Source: an uncultured Dehalococcoidales bacterium
GTDB taxonomy: Bacteria; Chloroflexota; Dehalococcoidia; Dehalococcoidales; CAYYQY01
DNA length: 64,000 bases
Assembly (NCBI GenBank): GCA_964473905.1
Contig: CAYYQY010000002.1
Location: 7,683 to 71,682 of the forward strand
Direction of reading: 5' to 3'
Shown here: piece after piece, positions 36,444 to 45,657 of the stretch
Layout: the number at the start of each line of letters is the position of its first letter
Numbering within the stretch: position 1 is the stretch's first letter
Program-made: the position numbers and the translations under genes
The notes under the pieces: model-generated
The model's input: the letters and a program-made list of their open reading frames with translations, nothing else
Database searches by the model: none
What the model was told of the DNA's origin: nothing

Positions 36444-38066
36444 ATGCCAAGCGCAGTTGAGCTTCTCAGGCAGGGTAGGAAACAAGAGCTCTGGCAAAAG
36501 TGCTGCGGTTTTATTGACCTTAGCCTGGAGGAGTGTATGGTCATCCAGCGGCGTCTGCTGCTGGAGCAAATAGAGCTACTAAAGAAATGCGAGCTTGGAC
36601 GCGAGGTAATGAGGGGTGCTATGCCCACCAGCGTGGAAGAATTCAGGATGACGGTGCCGCTCACTACCTATAAGGATTATGCCACGTACTTAATGGAAAA
36701 AAGGGAAGACGTGCTGCCCATGCCGCCTGCCGTATGGCAACGCACATCGGGGAGGTCAGGCCAGTACGCCTTCAAGTGGGTGCCGGTTACGGCTCGTCTC
36801 GCTGAGGAGATGGCGGAGACTTTCCTTGCCATATTGATTTTTGCCACCAGCCAGAAGCGGGGTGACTTCGCCCTGAACGAGAATGAGAAATTCTTATACA
36901 TTTTAGCGCCCCCGCCTTATGCTTCGGGCTGCTGGGCGAGATGGGGAGCGCAGGAATTCCCCTTTACTTTTATGCCACCCCTGGATATGGCCGAAGAGAT
37001 GCCTTTTGAGGAGCGGGTGGCGCAGGGTTTCCGCATGGCTTTTAAAGAGGGAATGGGTGTCCTTTTTGGTATATCCAGTGTACTTATGGCTGTGGGACAG
37101 CAGTTCAGCGACGGAGCGGGCACCAAGAATATCAGTATTCTACCGCTGCTTTCCCAGCCCGGGCTGTTAATGCGGTTAGGCATGGCTTTTATCAAGAGCA
37201 AGCTGCGCCGGCGGGGTATGTTACCCCGTGATATATGGAAGCTGAAGGGGCTGATAGCGGGCGGCATGGATACTGCGGTTTACCGGGAGAAGATAAAGTA
37301 TATGTGGGGCAGGTATCCCCTTGACCTCTACGGGTGCACCGAGACCCTTATCATTGCCATGCAGACCTGGGATTACCAGGGTATGACCTTTGTTCCCTAC
37401 TTCAGCTTTCTGGAGTTCATACCCGAGTCCGAGCGGCTCCGGGAACAGGAAAACCCGCTGTATCAGCCGTCCACTGTCTTGCTGGATGAGCTGCAGGCGG
37501 GACAGAATTACGAGCTGGTTATAACCAATTTTCATGGCGGCCCGTTCACCAGGTACCGCCTGGGTGATATTGTCACCATAACCTCGCTCCGGAACGACGA
37601 GCTTAATATAGATATTCCGCAGATGTCCTTTTACAGCCGGGCTGATGGTATTATTGCCTTCACGCACACCTGTTTTACGGAGAAAATAATCTGGCACGGC
37701 ATAGAGAACTCGGGTATAGACTATGTGGACTGGGTGGTCAAGAAGGAGCTGACAGATACCCCGATACTGCACCTTCACCTGGAACTGAAAGAGAGCAACG
37801 TCCTCAGCGAAGCGGAGATTGCCGTCCGGATAGTTGACCAGCTCAAGATACTGCAGCAGGACTATTTCCAGATTGACGACGAGTTCGGTCTGTCTACATT
37901 CCGGCTGACCATTCTCCCCATGGGTGCCTTCCAGAACTATATGGCCGTGAAGCGGGCTGAAGGCGCCGACCTGGCCCACCTCAAGCCGCCCCACGTTAAT
38001 CCCCCCGATAAAGTAATTGATATATTGCTGGGTGCCCCGGAAAAGGTACTGATTACCCCCCGGTAA
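36444..38066 (+). CDS. GH3-family-like adenylate-forming protein (bacterial GH3 auxin-responsive-promoter family homologue)
   Basis: 540 aa. FRMTVPLTTYKDYATYL...WQRTSGRSGQYAFKWVPVT resembles the GH3 N-terminal pattern (F...VP..tYed..pyi....w..SSGTT.gk.K.iP.t). This is recognised by eye only. Confidence 0.5.
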   Translation: MPSAVELLRQGRKQELWQKCCGFIDLSLEECMVIQRRLLLEQIELLKKCELGREVMRGAMPTSVEEFRMTVPLTTYKDYATYLMEKREDVLPMPPAVWQRTSGRSGQYAFKWVPVTARLAEEMAETFLAILIFATSQKRGDFALNENEKFLYILAPPPYASGCWARWGAQEFPFTFMPPLDMAEEMPFEERVAQGFRMAFKEGMGVLFGISSVLMAVGQQFSDGAGTKNISILPLLSQPGLLMRLGMAFIKSKLRRRGMLPRDIWKLKGLIAGGMDTAVYREKIKYMWGRYPLDLYGCTETLIIAMQTWDYQGMTFVPYFSFLEFIPESERLREQENPLYQPSTVLLDELQAGQNYELVITNFHGGPFTRYRLGDIVTITSLRNDELNIDIPQMSFYSRADGIIAFTHTCFTEKIIWHGIENSGIDYVDWVVKKELTDTPILHLHLELKESNVLSEAEIAVRIVDQLKILQQDYFQIDDEFGLSTFRLTILPMGAFQNYMAVKRAEGADLAHLKPPHVNPPDKVIDILLGAPEKVLITPR

Positions 38067-38201
38067 TTACCCATACAACCGTACCATCGTCCTATATACC
38101 TGCGTACTAAATTACTATTTGTAGCTGTTGTCTCCCCTTACTTTCGTAGGCATAATCGTATTAGTTATGTTTTGTTATTGACTGGAGGAGGGCAGAAACA
38201 G

Positions 38202-40727
38202 ATGATTTATACCTTGACGCCGCTGCTTAGCTGCGTAGCTTATTCCGTTTTGATATTCTTAACCCTGAAGCATAAGCCGCTAAGATGGGTACATAAGACC
38301 TTTCTCCTGTTTATTCTGGGCGTTGCCCTGTGGGCTATTTGTTCTTTTCTGATATCGGCCAATTTTGTCCCTGAAATCAATACGTTGCTGTCCAGCCTGA
38401 TGCTGGTGGCCGGTGTTTACACTATAGTTGCTTACTACCATTTCCTGCGCTCCTTTCTGAACAGGCCGGGCGGTATCGGGGTAATTATTGGCTATGTAAT
38501 GCTCATTGCCGTCATCCCGCTCATTGCTCTGGACCGTGTGGCTTACGTCGTGACGGAGTCAGCCAGCGCGGGCTCTTCTCCTCACATTGAATTCACGCTG
38601 ATTGGGGTTGGCGTTATTGCCATATATGGTGTTGCCATGACCGGCTATGCCATAACGGGGCTAATCCAGAGATATCGGCACTCTGCGGATCCGGTAGAGC
38701 GTAACAAGATAGCCTATCTGCTGTCGGGTTTTGTAATAATGATGATCGCCGGTCTGTCCAAGGTGCATCCTGAAATCACCAAGTATCCTCTTGCTCATCT
38801 GGGTAACTTGCTGAATGCTCTGTTTATTACCTATGCTATCGTGAGATATAAACTGCTGGATATCAGCATTATCATTAAAAGAAGTCTGGTGTATGCCGCT
38901 ACCGGCGCCTGTATTATTGGCATTTATATTGCCCTGCTGCTCGGTGTTTTACAGTCTTTACAGCTGCAGGCGAGCTATACGACGATGGCCGCCGGCGCCG
39001 GCGTAGCGCTTCTTATCGCCGTACTGTTCTACCCGATAAAGGACAATGTCCAGGAGCGGCTGGAACGCTTAATCTATCGGGATGCTTATGACTACCGTCA
39101 CATGCTGCTGACCTTTGCCGATAAAATGAGCCATGTTCTCAACATGCAGGAGCTGGCAGAGAACATGCTGAATCTTATAACCAAGGCTATAAATACCGGA
39201 GACGCCAGCCTGTATCTGCCGGACGACACAAACGGTGACTTTACTATACAGTACAGTGTCCCCGTGAAGGGTAGCCGCATAGGCCGTATGAAGCTGGCGA
39301 AGGATAATCCTATTGTCACCTGGATAACCAACGAGAAAAGACCTCTCAGCCGGGAACAGGTGAGGATAATCCCCCAGTTTAAGGGCCTGTGGGAAGAGGA
39401 AAGGGGAGAGCTGGCTGAATCGGGCATTGAGCTGTTTTTCCCCATAAAGAACAAGGATACGCTAATTGGCATACTGGCTATTGGCCCCAAAATGAATGGC
39501 TCCAGCTATCGAAACGAAGATTTAGATCTGGTTATGACCATGGCTGCCGAAGCCGGAGTGGTTATGGAGAACGCCCAGCTATATGCTGAGGCCAAGATGA
39601 GAGCTAATACGGATGAACTTACCGGACTGTTCAATCACCGGTGTTTTCACGAGCGTCTGGAGGAGGAAATCGGCAGGGGGCTGCGCTTTGGGGCGATATT
39701 TTCCTTGATTATGGTAGATCTGGATCTTTTTAAGCGTTATAACGATGTTCACGGTCATCTGGCCGGCGACGAGGTTATAAAGCAGGTGGGGCAGTGCCTC
39801 AAGGGTTCGCTCAGATCCATAGATATAGCTTTCCGTTATGGCGGCGACGAGTTTGCTGCTATTTTACCGGGAACCGCCTCAAGTGACGCCGGTAAGGTAG
39901 CGGAACGAATTCGTAAAACAATTGAACAGACGATGGACTCGCAGGGGGTTTTGTTAACCTGCAGTATCGGTATCGCCCTGTGGCCTACCGACGGGGTTAT
40001 GCGTGAGGGTCTGATGCAGTGTGCCGATGCCGCCCTGTATCACGCCAAGCAGTGGGGCAACCGGATATGCCTCTACTCCGACGCGGTAGTGGCCAGCGCC
40101 CGGCACGACGGGAAAGAGCCATCCTCCAAAAAAGAGGTTATCAGCACTATTTATGCCCTGGCGGCGACGGTGGATGCCAGAGACCATTATACCTACGGTC
40201 ATTCCAAGCGGGTGAGCAACTACGCCGTGGCTATTGCCGAGGCTATTGGTTGCAACGTGGGCAGGATGGCGGTTATACGTACTGCCGCGCTGTTGCACGA
40301 CATAGGTAAGATCGGCATTGCCGATGAACTGCTTAATAAGCCGGGGCTACTGGGAGAGGACGATTGGAAGCCTATACATGCCCACCCGACACTGGGAGTA
40401 TCCATACTGAAGCATGTAGACGGGCTGGCTGCCTGCCTGCCGGGAATTCAATACCATCACGAGCGTTATGACGGGACAGGTTATCCGGCTGGTCTGGCTG
40501 GTGAAAATATTCCGCTGGATGCCAGGATAATAGGCGTAGCCGATGCCTACGAGGCTATGACCTCACCGCGTCCCTACCGTGAAGGAACAATGACAAGCGA
40601 AGAGGCCCTTGAGGAACTGGAGCGTAATAGTAACACGCAGTTTGATCCCAAGCTGGTCAAGGTATTCTGTGCGTTAAGGAAGCAGGATGCCCCTTCAGCC
40701 AGGAAGGTCAAGGTGCAGCAGCCCTGA
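38202..40727 (+). CDS. Membrane-bound signalling protein: multi-TM N-terminus - GAF - GGDEF diguanylate cyclase - HD-GYP phosphodiesterase
   Basis: About 7-8 TM segments, then DELTGLFNHRCF...RYGGDEFAAILPG (GGDEF), then HSKRVSNYAVAIA...LLHDIGKIGI...HHERYDGTGYP (HD-GYP). ATG at 38202 follows GGAGGAG (38184-38190). The ORF track starts at the TTG at 38172. Confidence 0.85.
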   Translation: MIYTLTPLLSCVAYSVLIFLTLKHKPLRWVHKTFLLFILGVALWAICSFLISANFVPEINTLLSSLMLVAGVYTIVAYYHFLRSFLNRPGGIGVIIGYVMLIAVIPLIALDRVAYVVTESASAGSSPHIEFTLIGVGVIAIYGVAMTGYAITGLIQRYRHSADPVERNKIAYLLSGFVIMMIAGLSKVHPEITKYPLAHLGNLLNALFITYAIVRYKLLDISIIIKRSLVYAATGACIIGIYIALLLGVLQSLQLQASYTTMAAGAGVALLIAVLFYPIKDNVQERLERLIYRDAYDYRHMLLTFADKMSHVLNMQELAENMLNLITKAINTGDASLYLPDDTNGDFTIQYSVPVKGSRIGRMKLAKDNPIVTWITNEKRPLSREQVRIIPQFKGLWEEERGELAESGIELFFPIKNKDTLIGILAIGPKMNGSSYRNEDLDLVMTMAAEAGVVMENAQLYAEAKMRANTDELTGLFNHRCFHERLEEEIGRGLRFGAIFSLIMVDLDLFKRYNDVHGHLAGDEVIKQVGQCLKGSLRSIDIAFRYGGDEFAAILPGTASSDAGKVAERIRKTIEQTMDSQGVLLTCSIGIALWPTDGVMREGLMQCADAALYHAKQWGNRICLYSDAVVASARHDGKEPSSKKEVISTIYALAATVDARDHYTYGHSKRVSNYAVAIAEAIGCNVGRMAVIRTAALLHDIGKIGIADELLNKPGLLGEDDWKPIHAHPTLGVSILKHVDGLAACLPGIQYHHERYDGTGYPAGLAGENIPLDARIIGVADAYEAMTSPRPYREGTMTSEEALEELERNSNTQFDPKLVKVFCALRKQDAPSARKVKVQQP

Positions 40728-40766
40728 TATAAGCCCTATATCTTTAACTAATTGTGAGGTCATGTC

Positions 40767-41540
40767 ATGAGCGTGGATGAATACATGGAAAATAGTGAAG
40801 GCGTAATCAGTGAAGAAAGGGAGACAGGTAAAACCGGTGTTTTCATAGTAGACAAGCAGTCCATTTTTCGCCAGGGACTGCGTCAGGCACTATCAGCTTA
40901 TGAAGATATAGAGGTGATAGGTGACGGCGAGTCTGCTGATGATACCTGGAGTATTATAGAGGGTCTGTCACCGGATGTGGTGCTCGCAGATGTGGGCATA
41001 CCGGCACTCAACGGGTTTAACATAGCCCGTGACATAGCGATACACTGCCCGAGAGTAGCCGTGGTAATTCTGTCACCGGAGCCCGATGACGACCAGCTTT
41101 TTGAGGCTATCAAGTCAGGAGCAGTCGCTTTTGCCGGTAAAGATATCGGGGCAGAGGAGCTTGTTACCATTCTGAGACGGGTGGCGCGGGGTGAGTACCC
41201 CATAAACGATAGCCTGCTTACCCGGCCGAGTACGGCCAGACAGGTACTGCATCTTTTCCAGAGTTTCGCTATAAAAGATATAGAGACACTGATGACACCG
41301 CTCAGTCTGCGGGAGATGGAAATATTAAAGTATGTTGCCGAGGGAAATCCCAACAAGCGTATTGCCAATGCCCTGAATATCAGTGAACAGACTATCAAGA
41401 ACCACATTACGTCCATAATGCGCAAGCTGAACGCGAACGACCGGACGCATGCCGTGGTACTGGCTGTACGTAATGGCTGGCTGAGTATAGACGAAGATTT
41501 GGACAAGGTAACGAAGAAGGAAATTACCAGGTCAATTTAA
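40767..41540 (+). CDS. NarL/LuxR-family response regulator (REC + LuxR HTH) with an N-terminal extension of about 20 aa
   Basis: The receiver domain carries VVLADVGIP. The C-terminal LSLREMEILKYVAEGNPNKRIANALNISEQTIKNHITSIMRKL is a LuxR-type HTH. Confidence 0.85.
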   Translation: MSVDEYMENSEGVISEERETGKTGVFIVDKQSIFRQGLRQALSAYEDIEVIGDGESADDTWSIIEGLSPDVVLADVGIPALNGFNIARDIAIHCPRVAVVILSPEPDDDQLFEAIKSGAVAFAGKDIGAEELVTILRRVARGEYPINDSLLTRPSTARQVLHLFQSFAIKDIETLMTPLSLREMEILKYVAEGNPNKRIANALNISEQTIKNHITSIMRKLNANDRTHAVVLAVRNGWLSIDEDLDKVTKKEITRSI

Positions 41541-41562
41541 TGCTATCTTGCCGGTTGTAGTT

Positions 41563-41933
41563 GCGGGTCAAGTAGACCTGTAAGCCGAGTTCTGTACCCC
41601 GAATTAGCTTCGGGGCGGTGGCCATCTATCTAGCCCTGACGTTACCATCAGGGTCAAGCGACCAACCCGGGGACAGGCCAGGCGTCCTTAAGTCCCTCTA
41701 TTAGGTCTTGCTCCGGATGGGGTTTGTCCAGCCGACCGGTCACCCGGCCGCTGGTGAGCTCTTACCTCACCATTTCACCCTTACCCGCATTGGCATGGCC
41801 AACCGCTGGCGGTGTGTTTCTGTGGCACTTTCCGTAGGGTTACCCCTCCTGGGCGTTACCCAGCATCCTGCCCGGTGGAGCTCGGACTTTCCTCCCACCT
41901 GAGGCGGGCGGCCACCCAGTCTACTTGACCCAC
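41563..41933 (-). ncRNA. rnpB: RNase P RNA, bacterial type A
   Basis: The reverse complement contains GGAGGAAAGTCCGAGCTCCACCGGGCAGGATGCTGGGTAACGCCCAGG, GGGTAAGGGTGAAA, GGTAAGAGC and ACAGAACTCGGCTTA. P1 pairs GGGTCAAGTAGAC (5') with GTCTACTTGACCC (3'). The ends are good to within about 3 nt. Confidence 0.92.
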
Positions 41934-42087
41934 CTCTACTCTATTATGGATTATGTTTTTCGTCAAGTTTCATAGAGCGTTCTGACATTTCGCCTGTAGA
42001 AAAAGACAGAGCTACTACGGCGTTGTTGCCCGGGGTTGGCCGCTTTGGAACTATGCCCCGCAGCGGCTACTCTGATATAATCGGAGT

Positions 42088-44805
42088 GTGGAAAAACCGC
42101 TGTTGGTGCTCTTTGATGGCAATGCACTGGTACACCGTGCCTTTCACGCTCTGCCTCCCCTGACAGTAAGCAAGACCGGTGAGACGGTAGGTGCCGTTTA
42201 TGGTTTCGCTCTCATGTTGCTCAAAGTGGTTAATGAGCTGAGACCTACCCATTATGCCATTGCCTTTGATACACCGGTTCCTACCTTCAGGCATCAGCTG
42301 TTTGACCAGTACAAGGCACAGCGCCCGGAGACTCCGGGTGAGCTGGTGAGCCAGATGGGGCGGGTAAGAGAGCTGGTAGAGGTCTTTCATATCCCTATCT
42401 ATGAGCTTGACGGCTATGAGGCGGATGATGTTCTGGGGTCTCTGGTGCATCAGGCCAGTGAAAAAGATATCGAAAGCATCATTGTTACCGGTGATGCCGA
42501 TGCCATGCAGCTCGTCTCGCCAGGGGTAAAAGTCCTTTACCCGAAACCCAGGGGCGGCTTCAGCGATAGCACGCTTTTTGACGAGACCGGGGTTGAGGAA
42601 AAATACAGTGTCAAGCCAGAGCATATCACGGATCTCAAGGCGCTGAAGGGTGACTCTTCGGACAACATTCCGGGGGTGCCCGGTATCGGTGAGAAGACAG
42701 CCATCAAACTGATTCAGCAATTTGGCAGCGTGGAGCAGATTTTCGCGCATATAGACGAGGTAAGTCCGGTGAAGCTCCGCGATACGCTTAAACAGAACGA
42801 GCCGATCGCTTATCAGAGTAAAGAGCTGGTCACTATAGTTACCACTGTCCCATTAACGCTTGAGATGGATGATTGTCGGGTAAACCAGTGCGACCGGCAC
42901 CGGGTTGTGGAGCTGTTCCGCGAGCTTGATTTCGCCAGCCTGCTGCCCAGGCTACCCGGAGCAGATAACGTTACGCCCCAGGCAGCGGCTCCGCCCGTAG
43001 CGCCATCTCAGCGGGACTATCATATCGTGGATAGCCCCTCGCTTTTTAATGAGCTTCTAAACCGGCTATCAGGCGCCGCTTATCTGGCCTTTGATGTGGA
43101 GACGACCAGCCTGGACGGTATGCAGGCCGAGCTGGTTGGTATATCACTGTCTCCGGCACCGGCTGAGGCCTATTACATCCCGCTGGGTCACGTGGGTTGG
43201 GGGCAGGTGGAGCAACTGCCTTTGGAGCAGGTCATTGACCGGCTCAGGCGGCCGCTGGGTGATACTGCTCTTCCCAAATATGCCCATAACGGCAAATATG
43301 ACATGACGGTGCTGGCTGAGCACGGGCTTAGTGTTGCTAATCTCAACTTTGACACCATGCTGGCTGCCCATCTGCTCGGTGAAAAGGGCATCGGCTTAAA
43401 AATCCTGGCTTTCAGCAAGCTGGGGATTGAGATGTCGCCCATTACGGACCTCATTGGCTCAGGGGCCAAGCAGATCTCCATGTCCCAGGTTGACGTAAAG
43501 CTGGCTGCCGATTACGCCTGTGCCGACGCCGATATGACCGGGCGGCTCGTCGGGTTGCTGGAAGCAGAACTGCACCGGCAGGAACTCTGGGGGCTGTTTT
43601 CGGATGTGGAGATGCCGCTCGTACCGGTGCTGGTCAAGATGGAAAGAAACGGGGTGGCCCTGGATTCGGGGTTGCTGTGGCAGATGTCGCATCGGATTGG
43701 TGAGCAGCTACTAAAGCTGGAGGCGGCGATATATAACTCTGTCGGGCACCAGTTCAATATAAGCTCTCCGCAGCAACTGAGCTCGGTACTGTTCGGGGAG
43801 CTGGGGCTACCGGCTACGCGTAAGACGAAGGGGGGTTACTCTACCGGGGCAGCGGAGCTGGAGGCGCTGCGCACACTGCATCCGGTAATAGAGATGATAC
43901 TGGAATACCGGCAGCTGGCCAAGCTCAAGTCAACCTATATTGATTCACTGCCCGGGTTGATAAATTTCAAAACGCACAGGCTGCATACCAGCTTTAACCA
44001 GACGCGAACGGCTACCGGCCGACTTTCGTCCAGTGAGCCCAATTTGCAGAATATTCCCATCCGCAGCGAGTTGGGGAAAGAGGTCAGGAAGGCTTTTATC
44101 GCTCCTGAGAATTCGCGTCTGCTGGCGGGAGACTATTCTCAGATTGACCTCCGCGGCTTGGCTCACCTGTCTCAGGATGAGAGCCTGCTTACTGCTTTCC
44201 GCCGGGACGAGGATATTCACGCGGCTACCGCTATGAGGCTTTTTGGTGTGGGTATTACCGAGGTAACGGCTGATATGCGCCGTCTCGCCAAGACGGTAAA
44301 TTTTGGTGTTATCTACGGGATGAGTGAGTACGGGCTGGAGCAGGCGACAGAGCTATCACGTGAAGAGTCAGCCGAGTTCATCAAGACCTATTTTGAGAAG
44401 CATCCCGGGGTGAGGGCATATATTGAAGCTACTAAAAAGCAAGTTAGAGAGAAAGGCTACGTGCAGACACTGCTGGGCCGGAGGCGGTATGTCCCTGAGG
44501 TAAATTCATCCAACCGGCAGCTCAGAGAGGCGGCGGAGAGAATGGCTATCAATATGCCGGTGCAGGGGACATCGGCGGATATTATCAAGGTGGCCATGAT
44601 AAATATAGACAGGGAGATGAGTCGGCGACAGCTGGCAAGTAAAATGCTGCTCCAGGTGCATGACGAGCTAATCTTTGAGGTGCCCGAAGCGGAGTTCGCA
44701 GAAATGAACCGCCTTGTTGTTGACATAATGTCATCAGCATTGGAGATGAGTGTCCCGTTAAAGGTGGATATTAAGGCCGGTAATAACTGGGGAGAGATGG
44801 AGTAA
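42088..44805 (+). CDS. polA: DNA polymerase I (5'-3' exonuclease, 3'-5' exonuclease-like and polymerase domains)
   Basis: LVLFDGNALVHRAFHA (5' nuclease); motif A DYSQIDLR, motif B RRLAKTVNFGVIYG and motif C LLQVHDELIFE. Confidence 0.95.
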   Translation: MEKPLLVLFDGNALVHRAFHALPPLTVSKTGETVGAVYGFALMLLKVVNELRPTHYAIAFDTPVPTFRHQLFDQYKAQRPETPGELVSQMGRVRELVEVFHIPIYELDGYEADDVLGSLVHQASEKDIESIIVTGDADAMQLVSPGVKVLYPKPRGGFSDSTLFDETGVEEKYSVKPEHITDLKALKGDSSDNIPGVPGIGEKTAIKLIQQFGSVEQIFAHIDEVSPVKLRDTLKQNEPIAYQSKELVTIVTTVPLTLEMDDCRVNQCDRHRVVELFRELDFASLLPRLPGADNVTPQAAAPPVAPSQRDYHIVDSPSLFNELLNRLSGAAYLAFDVETTSLDGMQAELVGISLSPAPAEAYYIPLGHVGWGQVEQLPLEQVIDRLRRPLGDTALPKYAHNGKYDMTVLAEHGLSVANLNFDTMLAAHLLGEKGIGLKILAFSKLGIEMSPITDLIGSGAKQISMSQVDVKLAADYACADADMTGRLVGLLEAELHRQELWGLFSDVEMPLVPVLVKMERNGVALDSGLLWQMSHRIGEQLLKLEAAIYNSVGHQFNISSPQQLSSVLFGELGLPATRKTKGGYSTGAAELEALRTLHPVIEMILEYRQLAKLKSTYIDSLPGLINFKTHRLHTSFNQTRTATGRLSSSEPNLQNIPIRSELGKEVRKAFIAPENSRLLAGDYSQIDLRGLAHLSQDESLLTAFRRDEDIHAATAMRLFGVGITEVTADMRRLAKTVNFGVIYGMSEYGLEQATELSREESAEFIKTYFEKHPGVRAYIEATKKQVREKGYVQTLLGRRRYVPEVNSSNRQLREAAERMAINMPVQGTSADIIKVAMINIDREMSRRQLASKMLLQVHDELIFEVPEAEFAEMNRLVVDIMSSALEMSVPLKVDIKAGNNWGEME

Positions 44806-44810
44806 ACGAT

Positions 44811-45629
44811 ATGCCCGAGCTGCCTGAGGTGGAGACCATAAAGAACGAGTTACTGTTCCATATTATCGGCCGTCAAATTGTTAGCCTTGCCCTACCGTGG
44901 GCAGGTATAGTGCGTGAACTCACTGTTGATGATTTTATCTCCCGTCTGTCAGGACGGACGATATTGGGGCTCGCCAGGCGCGGCAAGTATTTGATCTTTA
45001 GTCTGGATGGTCCTGAGGCGCTGGTTATGCATCTCAGGATGACCGGCTCGCTGCTGGTAATGCCCGGCTGTACCGAAGCAGGGAAGTTCGTCCGTTTGGT
45101 AATTTATCTGGATAACGGGACCGCTATCCATTTTCGCGACCCGCGCAAGTTTGGCAGAGTATGGCTTACACCGGATATAGGTGCCGTTATAAAAAAACTG
45201 GGCCCGGAACCGCTGGACAGAGATTTTACACCACAGGTTCTGGCTGAACGCTTGGCTAAACGCAGCGCACCGATAAAGGCACTCCTTTTTGACCAGGGTT
45301 TTATTGCCGGGGTGGGTAATATGTATGCCGATGAAGCGCTTCATCTTTCCGGTATTCATCCGCTACGTCCGGGCAAGAGCCTGTCAGGCGAAGAGATAGA
45401 GCGTCTCTACCGGGCTATTCAAGAGGTACTGACGGCGGCCATTACCAGGAGCGGGGCCAGCGTGGCCAACTACTATCGTCCCGGTGGCGAGCTGGGAACG
45501 GCTCATTTCGATTTCCGGGTAGCCCATTTTCTTAACGGTAAATACTGCGCTGTTTGCGGGGCGCCTTTAGAACGGATACGGGTACGCAGCCGCGGCACAT
45601 ATTACTGCCCTGCCTGCCAGCCGCTATAA
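44811..45629 (+). CDS. mutM: Formamidopyrimidine-DNA glycosylase
   Basis: N-terminus MPELPEVE, H2TH region, and C-terminal zinc finger CAVCGAPLERIRVRSRGTYYCPACQ. Confidence 0.93.
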   Translation: MPELPEVETIKNELLFHIIGRQIVSLALPWAGIVRELTVDDFISRLSGRTILGLARRGKYLIFSLDGPEALVMHLRMTGSLLVMPGCTEAGKFVRLVIYLDNGTAIHFRDPRKFGRVWLTPDIGAVIKKLGPEPLDRDFTPQVLAERLAKRSAPIKALLFDQGFIAGVGNMYADEALHLSGIHPLRPGKSLSGEEIERLYRAIQEVLTAAITRSGASVANYYRPGGELGTAHFDFRVAHFLNGKYCAVCGAPLERIRVRSRGTYYCPACQPL

Positions 45630-45657
45630 ACCTCAGCTATTAATAAGGAGGAATTGT

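Noticed and set aside
37221-37994. 257-aa minus-strand ORF
   Set aside because: It is antisense to the GH3-like gene. It has no SD or motifs, and the sense frame is continuous for 540 aa with family-like motifs.
41708-41902. 64-aa plus-strand ORF
   Set aside because: It lies inside the RNase P RNA gene (antisense to rnpB), which is the explanation for the open frame.
42067-42750. 227-aa minus-strand ORF
   Set aside because: It is antisense to the 5'-nuclease domain of polA, which is unambiguous.
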